Assembly (NCBI GenBank): GCA_965209205.1
Contig: CBDBQC010000004.1
Span: 902,167-966,166, forward strand
Source: Dehalococcoidia bacterium
GTDB taxonomy: Bacteria > Chloroflexota > Dehalococcoidia > Bin125
DNA: 64,000 bases
Direction of reading: 5' to 3'
Below the pieces are notes generated by a model. That model ran no database searches. It was given only the letters and a program-made list of their open reading frames with translations, and was not told where the DNA came from. This document shows, piece after piece, positions 28,193 to 37,705 of this stretch; position 1 is the stretch's first letter; every line of letters begins with the position of its first letter. The position numbers and the translations under genes were made by a program.

Positions 28193-29020
28193 ATGCCCGA
28201 CCAGACGATGACCGACAAGGCGTTCTGCGTCATCGGCGGCGGCGTCATGGGGCAGACGATCACCCGATCGCTGATCGGCAGCGGCTTGGCCGCGGCGCCC
28301 GCGATCACCGTCTGCGAGGTGGCGGCGCCGCGCCGGCAGTCGCTGGAGGCGGACCTGGGCGTCGCGGCGACGGGCGACGCGGTGGCCGCGGCGGACGGCG
28401 CGCCGGTCGTCGTGCTGGCGGTCAAACCACAGGACTTCCCGGCGGTCGGCGGCGCGCTGCAGGGCTTCATCCTGCCCGAGCAGCTCGTCCTCTCGATCAT
28501 GGCGGGCGTGACGATGCAGACGCTGCGCGATCGGCTGGGGCATCGGGCCGTGGTGCGCGCGATGCCGAACACGCCGGCGCAGATCGGGCAGGGGCTGACG
28601 GCCTGGACGGCGTCGGCGGAGGTGACCGAGTCGCAGCGGGCGCTGGTCGGCCAAATGCTGGCGACGCTGGGCCGGGCGATCCCCGTGCAGGATGAGCGCC
28701 ACATCGACATGGCGACGGCGGTGAGCGGCTCGGGGCCGGGCTTCTTCTTCCTGATCCTGGAGGCGCTGATCGACGGGGCGGTGCAGATCGGCATGCGGCG
28801 CGAGCTGGCGACGGAGCTGGTCTATCAGACGGCGCTGGGCTCGGCGGCCTTCGCGCAGGAGTCGGGCTTGCATCCGGCCGTGCTGCGCGACATGGTGACG
28901 TCGCCCGGCGGCACGACCGCGGAGGGGCTGCGGGCGATGGAGGAGAAGGGCGTGCGCGCCGGCACGATGGAGGCGATCATCGCCGCCTACCGGCGCACAC
29001 GGGAACTGGGCGAAGCATGA
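28193..29020 (+). CDS. proC: pyrroline-5-carboxylate reductase
   Basis: [23 protein letters not shown] and [12 protein letters not shown] are present. Confidence 0.9.
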   Translation: MPDQTMTDKAFCVIGGGVMGQTITRSLIGSGLAAAPAITVCEVAAPRRQSLEADLGVAATGDAVAAADGAPVVVLAVKPQDFPAVGGALQGFILPEQLVLSIMAGVTMQTLRDRLGHRAVVRAMPNTPAQIGQGLTAWTASAEVTESQRALVGQMLATLGRAIPVQDERHIDMATAVSGSGPGFFFLILEALIDGAVQIGMRRELATELVYQTALGSAAFAQESGLHPAVLRDMVTSPGGTTAEGLRAMEEKGVRAGTMEAIIAAYRRTRELGEA

Positions 29021-29280
29021 ACCCCATCGGCATCGCGGCGGTCATCCTGCAGCTGTTCTTCTTCATCGTGCTGGCGCGCGTGATCATGAGTTGGATCCCG
29101 CTGGTCACCAACAAGCCGCTCGACTACAACAACCCGATCGTGAAGTTCCTGGTCGACGTGACGGAGCCGCTGCTCGCGCCGATGCGCCGCTTCCTGACGA
29201 TCGGGATGATCGATCTGTCGCCGATGGTGCTGCTGATTGGGCTCAGCATCCTGCAGAGCATCCTGGTGCGCAGCGCCTAG
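29017..29280 (+). CDS. yggT: YggT family membrane protein
   Basis: ATGA overlap with proC. 87 aa, two TM helices, RVIMSWIP motif. Confidence 0.85.
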   Translation: MNPIGIAAVILQLFFFIVLARVIMSWIPLVTNKPLDYNNPIVKFLVDVTEPLLAPMRRFLTIGMIDLSPMVLLIGLSILQSILVRSA

Positions 29281-29301
29281 CGGCCCGACCTCACCCCCTG
29301 T

Positions 29302-29332
29302 CCCCCTCTCCATCTGGACGATGGAGAGGGGG
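29302..29332 (+). repeat. 13-bp perfect-stem palindromic element after yggT
   Basis: Arms ccccctctccatc (29302..29314) and gatggagaggggg (29320..29332) around the loop tggac. No T-run follows. It sits at the left edge of the R-M island. Confidence 0.6.
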
Positions 29333-29453
29333 AACGTGGACGCGGCGCCCCTGGCCCGATGATCGCGGCGCCCTGCGGTACGATGCCCCGGTACCCCGCA
29401 CGCGCGGGCCACAGCCGTACCCCTCCGGAAGCCACGACGGGTGTGAGCGATCC

Positions 29454-32400
29454 ATGCCAGACGACTTCTTCACGAGCCCCATCCTCAACTCTCCCTACGA
29501 GTACCCGGCACAACACTGGGAGCTGGAATCGGGCCAGCCGACGAACCAGATCGTCGGCGATCGCCGGATCGCGGAGTTCATCACACCCATCCCGAAGCCA
29601 AGGAAGCGCCGATCGAAGGGGGAGCAGGCCGGGCTGGCCCTGGGCGACTCGAAGGGCCTCTCCACCGCGGAGCAGCAATACGAAGAGACGGCGTTCTTCA
29701 TCAACGACCTGCGCCGCCAGGTCGACCGCTGGCGCGAGTTGCGCAACCCCGCCGACTGGAGGGTCACGCCCGAGACGGCGCGCCTGCTCCAGCACTGGCG
29801 GAGCGATCAGTTCAGCGGCTACAGGCCCTTCTTCTGCCAGGTCGAGGCTGCCGAGACGATCATCTGGCTGAGCGAAGTCGCGCCCAAGCTCGGCGGCGTC
29901 GGCCGCCGCTTCCTCGATCACCTCGACACGGCCAACGAGGAGGCCAACCCTGGGCTCTCCCGCCTCGCGCTCAAGCTGGCGACCGGCGCCGGCAAGACGA
30001 CCGTCATGGCGATGATCATCGCCTGGCAGACGATCAACGCCGTACGCCGCCCCAGCAGCAGCCGCTTCACGCGCGGCTTCCTCGTGACGACGCCGGGCAT
30101 CACGATCAAGGACCGCCTGCGCGTCCTGCAACCGAACGACCCCGACGCCTACTACGCCAGCCGGGAACTCGTGCCCCGCGACATGCTCGACGACCTGCAC
30201 AAGGCCCGCATCGTCATCACCAACTACCACGCCTTCAAGCCGCGCGAGACGCTCGAACTCTCGCGGGGCGGCCGCGCCCTCTTGCAGGGCCGGGGCCCCT
30301 CGATCGCCACCCAGGAGACCGACGGCCAGATGCTCCAGCGGGTCATGCCCGAACTCATGGGCATGCGCAACATCCTCGCCATCAACGACGAGGCGCACCA
30401 CTGCTACCGCGCGAAGCCCGGCGAGGAAGACGAGGAGGGCACCCTCAAGGGGGACGACCGCAAGGAGGCCGAGAAGAATCGCGAGGCCGCTCGGATCTGG
30501 ATCAAGGGCCTGGAGGCCGTGCAGCGCAAGCTGGGCCTGCAGCGTGTCGCCGACCTCTCCGCGACGCCGTTCTTCCTGCGTGGCTCCGGCTACGCCGAGG
30601 GCACGCTGTTCCCCTGGACGATGAGCGACTTCTCCCTCATGGACGCCATCGAGTGCGGGATCGTCAAGCTGCCGCGCGTCCCCGTCGCCGACAACATCCC
30701 GGGGGCGGACGTGCCGATCTTCCGCAACCTCTGGGAGAACATCCGCCCCAAGATGCCGAAGAAGGGGCGCGGCAAGGGCGGCCCCCTCGATCCGCTGAAA
30801 CTCCCCATGCAGTTGGAGACCGCCCTGCAGGTGCTCTACGGCCACTACGACGAGACGGCCCGACTCTGGGAGCAGGAGGGCGTCGCCGTCCCGCCCTGCT
30901 TCATCGTCGTCTGCAACAACACCGCGACCTCGAAGCTGGTCTACGACTACATCTCGGGCTTCGAGCGCACCAACGACGCCGGCCTCACGACCGTCGAGAA
31001 CGGGCGGCTGCCCCGCTTCCGCAACTTCGAGGACGGGCAGCGGCTCCCGCTCCCGCGCACCCTGCTGATCGACAGCGAGCAGCTCGAGTCCGGCGACGCC
31101 CTCGACCCCAACTTCCGCAGGATGGCCGGCGACGAGATCGAGCGCTTCCGCCGCGAGCGCGTCCAGCGCACCGGCCAGCAGCACGGCGCCGAGAGCATCA
31201 CCGACCAGGAACTGCTGCGCGAGGTGATGAACACCGTCGGCAAGCCCGGGCAGCTCGGCCAGGACGTCCGCTGCGTCGTCTCCGTCTCCATGCTCACCGA
31301 GGGCTGGGATGCCAACACCGTCACCCACGTGCTCGGCGTGCGCGCCTTCGGCACGCAACTGCTCTGCGAGCAGGTGATCGGCCGATCCCTGCGCCGGCAG
31401 TCCTACGACCTCAACGAGGAGAACCTCTTCAACGTCGAGTACGCCGACGTCCTCGGCATCCCCTTCGACTTCGCGGCCAAGCCCGTGGTGTCCAAGCCGC
31501 AGCCCCCGCGCGAGGTGGTGCAGGTCGAGGCCGTCAGCCCCGAGCGCGATCACCTGGAGATCCGCTTCCCCCGCGTCGAGGGCTACCGGGTGGAACTGCC
31601 GGAGGAACGGCTCGCCGCCAAGTTCACCCCCGACTCCACTCTTGTACTCACCCCCGACGACACCGGTCCGACCATCACCAGCAACGCGGGGATCATCGGC
31701 GAGGAGGTCGACCTCACGCTGGTCGACACGGGAGAACTGCGGCAGTCGACCCTGCTCTTCCACCTCACCAAGCGGCTGATCGAGACGAAGTGGCGCGACC
31801 CCGGCGGCGACCCCAAGTTGCACCTCTTCGGGCAGCTCAAGCGCATCACGCGCGAATGGCTGGAGAGCCACCTCGTCTGCAAGGGCGGCACCTACCCGGC
31901 CCAACTGATGTACCAGGAACTCGCCGACACGGCCTGCGAGCGCATCACCGGCGGCATCACCGCGTACTTCGCGGACGAGCGCCCGATCAAGGCCGTGCTC
32001 GATCCCTACAACCCCACGGGCTCGACGCAGCACGTGAGGTTCACCACCTCCGTCCCGACGCGCTGGCAGACCAGCCCGCGGCACTGCCACCTCAACTGGG
32101 CGATCTGCGACAGCGACTGGGAGGCCGAGTTCTGCCGCGTCCTGGAGTCCCATCCCAAGGTGCGCGCCTACGTCAAGAACCACAACCTCGGCTTCACCGC
32201 GCCCTACCAGTCGGGCGGCGAGGCGCGGCGCTACGTACCCGACTTCATCGTGCTGGTCGATGACGGCCGCGGCCCCGACGACCCCCTGCACCTGATCGTC
32301 GAGATCAAGGGCTACCGCGGCGAGGACGCCAAGGAGAAGAAGCTCACCATGGACACCTACTGGGTCCCGGGCGTCAACAACCTGGGGACCTACGGCCGCT

Positions 32401-32528
32401 GGGCCTTCGCGGAGTTCACCGACGTCTGGGCCATCGGCGCCGACTTCGAGGCGCAGGTGGCCGACTTCAACCGCATGATCGAGGGCGCGCTGGCGCCGGA
32501 GTCCGCCGACGTCGCAGGAGGGGCGTAA
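29454..32528 (+). CDS. res: type III-like restriction enzyme, Res subunit (SF2 helicase + PD-(D/E)xK nuclease)
   Basis: MPDDFFTSPILNSPYEYP N-terminus. Walker A LKLATGAGKTTVMA, DEAH box INDEAHHCY, helicase C motifs (SMLTEGWDANTV, QVIGRSLRR) and a C-terminal nuclease YVPDFIVLV...LIVEIKGY are present. Confidence 0.85.
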   Translation: MPDDFFTSPILNSPYEYPAQHWELESGQPTNQIVGDRRIAEFITPIPKPRKRRSKGEQAGLALGDSKGLSTAEQQYEETAFFINDLRRQVDRWRELRNPADWRVTPETARLLQHWRSDQFSGYRPFFCQVEAAETIIWLSEVAPKLGGVGRRFLDHLDTANEEANPGLSRLALKLATGAGKTTVMAMIIAWQTINAVRRPSSSRFTRGFLVTTPGITIKDRLRVLQPNDPDAYYASRELVPRDMLDDLHKARIVITNYHAFKPRETLELSRGGRALLQGRGPSIATQETDGQMLQRVMPELMGMRNILAINDEAHHCYRAKPGEEDEEGTLKGDDRKEAEKNREAARIWIKGLEAVQRKLGLQRVADLSATPFFLRGSGYAEGTLFPWTMSDFSLMDAIECGIVKLPRVPVADNIPGADVPIFRNLWENIRPKMPKKGRGKGGPLDPLKLPMQLETALQVLYGHYDETARLWEQEGVAVPPCFIVVCNNTATSKLVYDYISGFERTNDAGLTTVENGRLPRFRNFEDGQRLPLPRTLLIDSEQLESGDALDPNFRRMAGDEIERFRRERVQRTGQQHGAESITDQELLREVMNTVGKPGQLGQDVRCVVSVSMLTEGWDANTVTHVLGVRAFGTQLLCEQVIGRSLRRQSYDLNEENLFNVEYADVLGIPFDFAAKPVVSKPQPPREVVQVEAVSPERDHLEIRFPRVEGYRVELPEERLAAKFTPDSTLVLTPDDTGPTITSNAGIIGEEVDLTLVDTGELRQSTLLFHLTKRLIETKWRDPGGDPKLHLFGQLKRITREWLESHLVCKGGTYPAQLMYQELADTACERITGGITAYFADERPIKAVLDPYNPTGSTQHVRFTTSVPTRWQTSPRHCHLNWAICDSDWEAEFCRVLESHPKVRAYVKNHNLGFTAPYQSGGEARRYVPDFIVLVDDGRGPDDPLHLIVEIKGYRGEDAKEKKLTMDTYWVPGVNNLGTYGRWAFAEFTDVWAIGADFEAQVADFNRMIEGALAPESADVAGGA

Positions 32529-32530
32529 GC

Positions 32531-35422
32531 ATGCCACGCAAAGCGAAACAGCCCAAGCAGGTCACGGCCCTCAAGCACGACGACGCCAAGCGCCCCAACA
32601 TCCCGACCGCCGAACTCCAGCCGGTCATGCCCGCCGACGACCAGACTCCCATCCAGGTCGCCTACGAGCGCCGCAACCGCGACCTCGACCCCCAGCTCGT
32701 CTGGTCGGGCAAGGACCAGCAGGACGCCGCCGGCCTGACCGTGCAGGCGCCGCCCCTCTTCATCCAGGAGAAGGTGCACCCGCAGGTCCTCATCAGGGAT
32801 CTGATGAGGACGAGTGGTCAGCGGCCGGTGGCCAGTGATCAGGGGGACCGGGCACCGGCCACTCAAATCGGCTTCGCCGATTTGTTCGCCGACTTCAACG
32901 GGCTGGAGGGCGACGCGGCCGCCAAGACGGAGTTCTACCAGCACGACGCCAACTGGACCAACCGCATGATCCTGGGCGACAGCCTGCAGGTGATGGCCTC
33001 CCTGGCCGAGCGGGAGGGGCTGCGCGGCAAGGTCCAATGCATCTACATCGATCCGCCCTACGGCATCAAGTTCAACTCCAACTTCCAGTGGTCCACCACC
33101 AGCCGCGACGTGAAGGACGGCAACGCCGCCCACATCACCCGCGAGCCCGAGCAGGTCAAGGCCTTCCGCGACACCTGGCGGCACGGCGTCCACTCCTACC
33201 TCTCCTACCTCCGCGACCGCCTGGAGGTCGCCCGCGATCTGCTTGCCGACTCCGGCTCCATCTTCGTGCAGATTGGCGATGAGAACGTCCATCGCGTGCG
33301 GGCTATAGCGGATGAAGTGTTCGGGGAGGGGAACTTTTGTAGCCTAATCAGCTACAAGACCTCGGTAGGCCTTGATTCTCAGGGGCTGGATAACACTGCC
33401 AACTACTTGGTATGGTATTGCAAGAACAAGAACCGCCGGAAATTCAGGCCGATCCTTCGACTCACCAAACCGGGGGAAGAGGGAGCGAGCCGATACAAGA
33501 CAGTGCAGCTACAAGACCTCACGGAGTATCGGGTACAGAACCCGGCACTTGAGGTCTTACCGGATGGCGCGAGGCTATTTCGAGATCAAGGGATGACCTC
33601 AAGGACTGGCTCAGCAACTACTACCTTCAGTGTGCGCTTTCGCGGTAGGCAGTATAGCCCGACTTCAGGTGGTTGGAGAACTGGACAACGCGGATTCGTC
33701 CGCGTAGTACGCTCTGACAGGATTCTGCCCACAGGCAACACTCTGTCTTTCAGGAAGTTCTTCGACGACTTCTCAGCGATCTCTGTCGACAATATATGGG
33801 CAGACGTGTCGGGTGGAGTAACAAGCAGGTCTGACCCTAAAGTGTACGTGGTTCAGACTGGCACTAATGTCATCCAACGCTGCCTCCTCATGGCCTCCGA
33901 CCCGGGCGACCTCGTCCTCGACCCTACCTGCGGCTCCGGCACCACCGCCTACGTCGCGGAGCAGTGGGGCCGCCGCTGGATCACCATCGACACCTCGCGC
34001 GTCGCCCTGGCCCTGGCCCGCGCCCGCGTCATGGGCGCGCGCTACCCCTACTACCTGCTGGCCGATTCGCCGGACGGCCGGCGCAAGGAGGCGGAGATCA
34101 GTGGCCGGGCGCCTGTGGTCAGTGGCCAGGGTTCGGTGGCTAGTGACCAGTCGCTGACCACTGATCACTCGCCACTAACCACTGCCTCTATCCGACAGGG
34201 CTTCGTCTACGAGCGGGTGCCCCACATCACGCTCAAGTCGATCGCCAACAACGCCGAGATCGACGTGATATGGGAGCTGTACGAGGAGCGGCTGGCCCCG
34301 CTGCGGGCGGAGTTGTCGGCGGCGAGTGGTCGGTCGGCCACGCTTGAGGAATGGGAGATCCCCCGGGAGCGGCCGGAAGACTGGCCACCGGACACTGACC
34401 ACTGGCTCACTGAATACTGGGAGCTGCGCATCGAGCGCCAGCGCGAGATCGACGCCTCCATCGCCGCCAAGGCCGACTACGAGTACCTCTACGACAAGCC
34501 CTACACAGACAACCGCAAGGTGCGCGTCGCCGGGCCCTTCACCGTCGAGAGCCTCTCCCCCCACCGCACCCTCGGCGTCGACGAGAACGACGAGCTGATC
34601 GACGGCCTCGCCGACGCGACCGGGCCCTACGGCGAGCCGCAGGACTTCGCCTCGATGATCCTCGAGAACCTCAAGTCGGCCGGGGTGCAGCAGGCGCACG
34701 TCGAGGACCGGATCAGCTTCACGTCGCTCACGCCCTGGCCGGGCCAACTCGTCTGCGCCGAGGGCCGCTACGTCGAGGGGGGCGACGCGGACGCCGGGGC
34801 CGAACGGCGGGCGGCCATCTTCATTGGCCCGGAGTTCGGCACCGTCTCCCGGCCCGACCTCGTCCAGGCCGCGCGCGAGGCCGCCGAGTCCGGCTTCGAC
34901 GTGCTCATCGCCTGCGCCTTCAGCTACGAAGCCACCGCGGCCGAACTCGATCAGCTCGGCCGCATCCCCGTCCTCAAGGCGCGCATGAACGCCGACCTGC
35001 ACATGGCGGCCGACCTCAAGGCCACCGGCAAGGGCAACCTCTTCGTCATCTTCGGGGAGCCGGATATCGACATCCTCGATGCGGAGGACGGGCAGGTGCG
35101 CGTCCGGGTCAACGGCGTCGACGTCTTCCACCCCAACAGCGGCGAAGTGCGCAGCGACGGCCCCGACGGCATCGCCTGCTGGTTCGTCGACACCGACTAC
35201 AACGAGGAGAGCTTCTTCGTCCGCCACGCCTACTTCCTCGGTCAGAACGACCCCTACAAGTCGCTCAAGACCACGCTCAAGGCGGAGATCGACGCCGAGG
35301 CCTGGGAGACGCTGCACAGCGCCACGTCCCGCCCCTTCGACAAGCCGGAGTCGGGGCGGATCGCGGTGAAGGTCATCAACCACCTGGGCGACGAGGTGAT
35401 GAAGGTCTTCCGGGTGGGGTAA
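32531..35422 (+). CDS. mod: site-specific DNA methyltransferase (beta-class N6A/N4C), Mod-like, 963 aa
   Basis: Motif IV is IYIDPPYGIKFNS, then a variable region, then motif I LVLDPTCGSGTTAYVAEQWGRRWITID. It starts 3 nt after the res stop. Confidence 0.9.
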   Translation: MPRKAKQPKQVTALKHDDAKRPNIPTAELQPVMPADDQTPIQVAYERRNRDLDPQLVWSGKDQQDAAGLTVQAPPLFIQEKVHPQVLIRDLMRTSGQRPVASDQGDRAPATQIGFADLFADFNGLEGDAAAKTEFYQHDANWTNRMILGDSLQVMASLAEREGLRGKVQCIYIDPPYGIKFNSNFQWSTTSRDVKDGNAAHITREPEQVKAFRDTWRHGVHSYLSYLRDRLEVARDLLADSGSIFVQIGDENVHRVRAIADEVFGEGNFCSLISYKTSVGLDSQGLDNTANYLVWYCKNKNRRKFRPILRLTKPGEEGASRYKTVQLQDLTEYRVQNPALEVLPDGARLFRDQGMTSRTGSATTTFSVRFRGRQYSPTSGGWRTGQRGFVRVVRSDRILPTGNTLSFRKFFDDFSAISVDNIWADVSGGVTSRSDPKVYVVQTGTNVIQRCLLMASDPGDLVLDPTCGSGTTAYVAEQWGRRWITIDTSRVALALARARVMGARYPYYLLADSPDGRRKEAEISGRAPVVSGQGSVASDQSLTTDHSPLTTASIRQGFVYERVPHITLKSIANNAEIDVIWELYEERLAPLRAELSAASGRSATLEEWEIPRERPEDWPPDTDHWLTEYWELRIERQREIDASIAAKADYEYLYDKPYTDNRKVRVAGPFTVESLSPHRTLGVDENDELIDGLADATGPYGEPQDFASMILENLKSAGVQQAHVEDRISFTSLTPWPGQLVCAEGRYVEGGDADAGAERRAAIFIGPEFGTVSRPDLVQAAREAAESGFDVLIACAFSYEATAAELDQLGRIPVLKARMNADLHMAADLKATGKGNLFVIFGEPDIDILDAEDGQVRVRVNGVDVFHPNSGEVRSDGPDGIACWFVDTDYNEESFFVRHAYFLGQNDPYKSLKTTLKAEIDAEAWETLHSATSRPFDKPESGRIAVKVINHLGDEVMKVFRVG
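32812..32864 (+). repeat. heptamer-based (GTGRYCA-like) palindromic insertion inside mod, site A
   Basis: Sequence reads gaGTGGTCAGCGGCCGGTGGCCAGTGATCAggggg...ccggccactc. It is preceded by a 9-bp inverted repeat, cctcatcag/ctgatgagg (32788..32809). Confidence 0.6.
34099..34184 (+). repeat. 12 degenerate heptamers forming an inverted repeat inside mod, site B
   Basis: First half: CAGTGGC CGGGCGC CTGTGGT CAGTGGC CAGGGTT CGGTGGC. Second half: TAGTGAC CAGTCGC TGACCAC TGATCAC TCGCCAC TAACCAC. The second half is roughly the complement of the first. It encodes ISGRAPVVSGQGSVASDQSLTTDHSPLTTAS. Confidence 0.65.
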
Positions 35423-35514
35423 GGCCCCGCCCCTACTCGCCTGGACCCGCGCCTGCGCAACATCCGCTAGCGGCGTAGGCTCTGGGGCGACGCCGCAGTC
35501 CGGGAGGAACCGCG

Positions 35515-36300
35515 ATGAGCCACCAGGACATCCTGACCGAGACGATCGGGCGCGTGGGCGTGATCCGGCTCAACCGGCCGGAGAAGCTCAACGCCTGGAC
35601 CCCCCGCATGGGGCGCGAGATGGTGGCGCAGGTCGACGCCTGGAACGCCGACGACGGCATCGGCGCGATCGTCATCGCCGGCGAGGGCCGCGCCTTCTGC
35701 GCCGGCGCCGACATCGGCGGCTTCAACCAGCGCCTCGCCGACGATCCCGATGCGCAGGCGTCCGGCGGCGCCGCGCGCTTCAACTGGACGCATCTGGTCC
35801 GCGACTCCAAGCCGGTCGTCGCCGCGATGCACGGCTACGCCGTCGGCGTCGGCCTGACGCTGGCGCTGCCCTGCGACGTGCGCTACGCCGCCGAGGGGAC
35901 GCGGCTCTCGATCCGCTTCGTCAAGGTGGGCCTGGTGCCCGAGCTGGGCTCGACGCGGCTGCTGTCGCAACTGGTGGGGCTCGGCCACGCCACCGACATG
36001 TGCCTGTCGGGCCGCATGGTCCCCGCCGACGAGGCCTACCGCATCGGGCTGGTCTCCGCCGTCGTGCCGCCCGAGGAGCTCTTCGCGACCGCGCTGGCCA
36101 AGGCTGACGAACTGGCCACCAACCCCACGCCGGTCGTGCGCAAGATTAAGGCGCTGCTCAACGAGAACGCCACCGAGCCCGACCTCGGCCTCGTCATGGA
36201 GCGGGAGGGCGCCCGCGACCGCGAGTCCCGCCGCCTGCCGTCGCACAACGAGGCGATCGCGGCCTTCCTGGAGAAGCGCCGGCCGGTCTTCAATCGGTAG
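35515..36300 (+). CDS. enoyl-CoA hydratase/isomerase (crotonase) family protein
   Basis: GVIRLNRPEKLNAW, GEGRAFCAGADI, AAMHGYAVGVGLTLAL and FLEKRRPVF are present. Confidence 0.9.
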   Translation: MSHQDILTETIGRVGVIRLNRPEKLNAWTPRMGREMVAQVDAWNADDGIGAIVIAGEGRAFCAGADIGGFNQRLADDPDAQASGGAARFNWTHLVRDSKPVVAAMHGYAVGVGLTLALPCDVRYAAEGTRLSIRFVKVGLVPELGSTRLLSQLVGLGHATDMCLSGRMVPADEAYRIGLVSAVVPPEELFATALAKADELATNPTPVVRKIKALLNENATEPDLGLVMEREGARDRESRRLPSHNEAIAAFLEKRRPVFNR

Positions 36301-36400
36301 GGCCGGCGGCGGCGGGTCCGACTCGGGGCTCTGCACAGGGCGTCGTGGCTGGCCCGGGCGTCGCGGCTGGGGCGCGGCCGGGCAGGGGGTTGCGCGCATA

Positions 36401-36412
36401 GAACACTTGTGC
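36401..36412 (+). promoter_or_regulatory. imperfect LexA (Cheo-type) box GAACACTTGTGC
   Basis: One half-site is degenerate. It lies 19 nt upstream of the perfect box. Confidence 0.4.
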
Positions 36413-36430
36413 GACAGTGCGGACTCACGC

Positions 36431-36442
36431 GAACGCGTGTTC
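36431..36442 (+). promoter_or_regulatory. LexA SOS box GAAC-N4-GTTC (GAACGCGTGTTC)
   Basis: Perfect Gram-positive/Chloroflexi-type Cheo box, about 85 nt upstream of the recA ATG. Confidence 0.7.
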
Positions 36443-36527
36443 TGAACGCAGAGCAGCGGGCGGGCCCCGGCGCCGATGCCGAGGACGCGCCGGTATGCTG
36501 AGCAAGGTCGGGAACGAGGGGGATCCG

Positions 36528-37670
36528 ATGGCGAAATGGAACGGCAGCAAAGCAGCGCGGGGCAAGAAGCAGGAGTCGAAGGCGACCCTGGCGGCGGCAG
36601 GCGACCCGGACGCGCTGAGCAACGTGCTCGACGACATCGAGCGGCAGTTCGGGGTCGGCGCGGTGATGAAGCTGGGCGACGCCTCGCAGAACTTGCAGGT
36701 CGAGGCGATCTCCAGCGGCGCGCTCAGCCTCGACATCGCGCTGGGCATCGGCGGCGTGCCGCGGGGCCGGATCATCGAGATCTACGGCCCCGAGAGCACG
36801 GGCAAGTCGACGCTGGCGCAGCACGTGATCGCATCGGCGCAGCGCGACGGCGGCCAGGCCGCCTACATCGACGTCGAGCACGCGCTCGACCCGAGCTTCG
36901 CGGCGGGGATCGGCATCGACATCGACGAGTTGCTCGTCGCCCAGCCGGACACGGGCGAGCAGGCGCTCGAGATCACCGAGGCGCTGATCCGCAGCAACGC
37001 GCTCGACGTGATCGTGGTCGACAGCGTGGCGGCGCTGGTGCCGCGCCAGGAGATCGAAGGCGAGATGGGCGACGCGCACGTGGGCCTGCAGGCCCGGCTG
37101 ATGTCCCAGGCGCTGCGCAAGCTGACCGCCGTGACGTCGCGCTCGCGGACCTCGCTGATCTTCATCAACCAGCTGCGCGAGAAGGTCGGGGTGGTCTTCG
37201 GCAACCCGGAGGTCACGCCGGGCGGACGAGCGCTGAAGTTCTACTCGTCGGTGCGGATCGAGCTGCGCCGCATCGAGCAGCTGAAGCGCGACCAGATGGT
37301 GATCGGCGGGCGGGTGCGGGCCAAGGTGGTCAAGAACAAGGTGGCGCCGCCGTTCCGCGTGGCCGAGTTCGACATCATGTTCACAGGCCAGACGCGCGGC
37401 ATCTCCCGCGAGGGCGACATCATCGACCTGGGCGTCGAGCAGGGCGTGATCAAGAAGTCGGGCGCGTTCTACACCTACGGCGACACACGGCTGGGGCAGG
37501 GCCGCGAGAACGCGAAGCTGTTCCTCATCGAGCACGCCGAGATGTCGGCGGAGTTGGATCGCATGATCCGCGAGGCCGCCGGCCTGCCGGTGCCGGGCGT
37601 CGCGGCTGCCGCCGAGGGAGACGCCGGCGAGGACACGCCGGCCGCGCTGCCGCAGGCGGGCGCGATCTAG
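36528..37670 (+). CDS. recA: recombinase RecA
   Basis: GAGGGGG Shine-Dalgarno sequence. [39 protein letters not shown] and [17 protein letters not shown] are present. Confidence 0.97.
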   Translation: MAKWNGSKAARGKKQESKATLAAAGDPDALSNVLDDIERQFGVGAVMKLGDASQNLQVEAISSGALSLDIALGIGGVPRGRIIEIYGPESTGKSTLAQHVIASAQRDGGQAAYIDVEHALDPSFAAGIGIDIDELLVAQPDTGEQALEITEALIRSNALDVIVVDSVAALVPRQEIEGEMGDAHVGLQARLMSQALRKLTAVTSRSRTSLIFINQLREKVGVVFGNPEVTPGGRALKFYSSVRIELRRIEQLKRDQMVIGGRVRAKVVKNKVAPPFRVAEFDIMFTGQTRGISREGDIIDLGVEQGVIKKSGAFYTYGDTRLGQGRENAKLFLIEHAEMSAELDRMIREAAGLPVPGVAAAAEGDAGEDTPAALPQAGAI

Positions 37671-37705
37671 CGCGCCGCGGCGCCGGAGCGACGGGACGTC
37701 GCGCC

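Noticed and set aside
25666-28794. 1042-aa minus-strand ORF, and similar giants: 29277..32537 (-), 6231..8165 (-), 7991..9679 (-), 43549..45429 (-), 60502..62358 (-).
   Set aside because: They are antisense to genes with unambiguous family motifs (rSAM/yggS/proC, res, ftsI/murF and so on). Their translations are Arg/Pro/Ala/Gly-rich with no motifs. Stop-free antisense frames are expected at this GC content.
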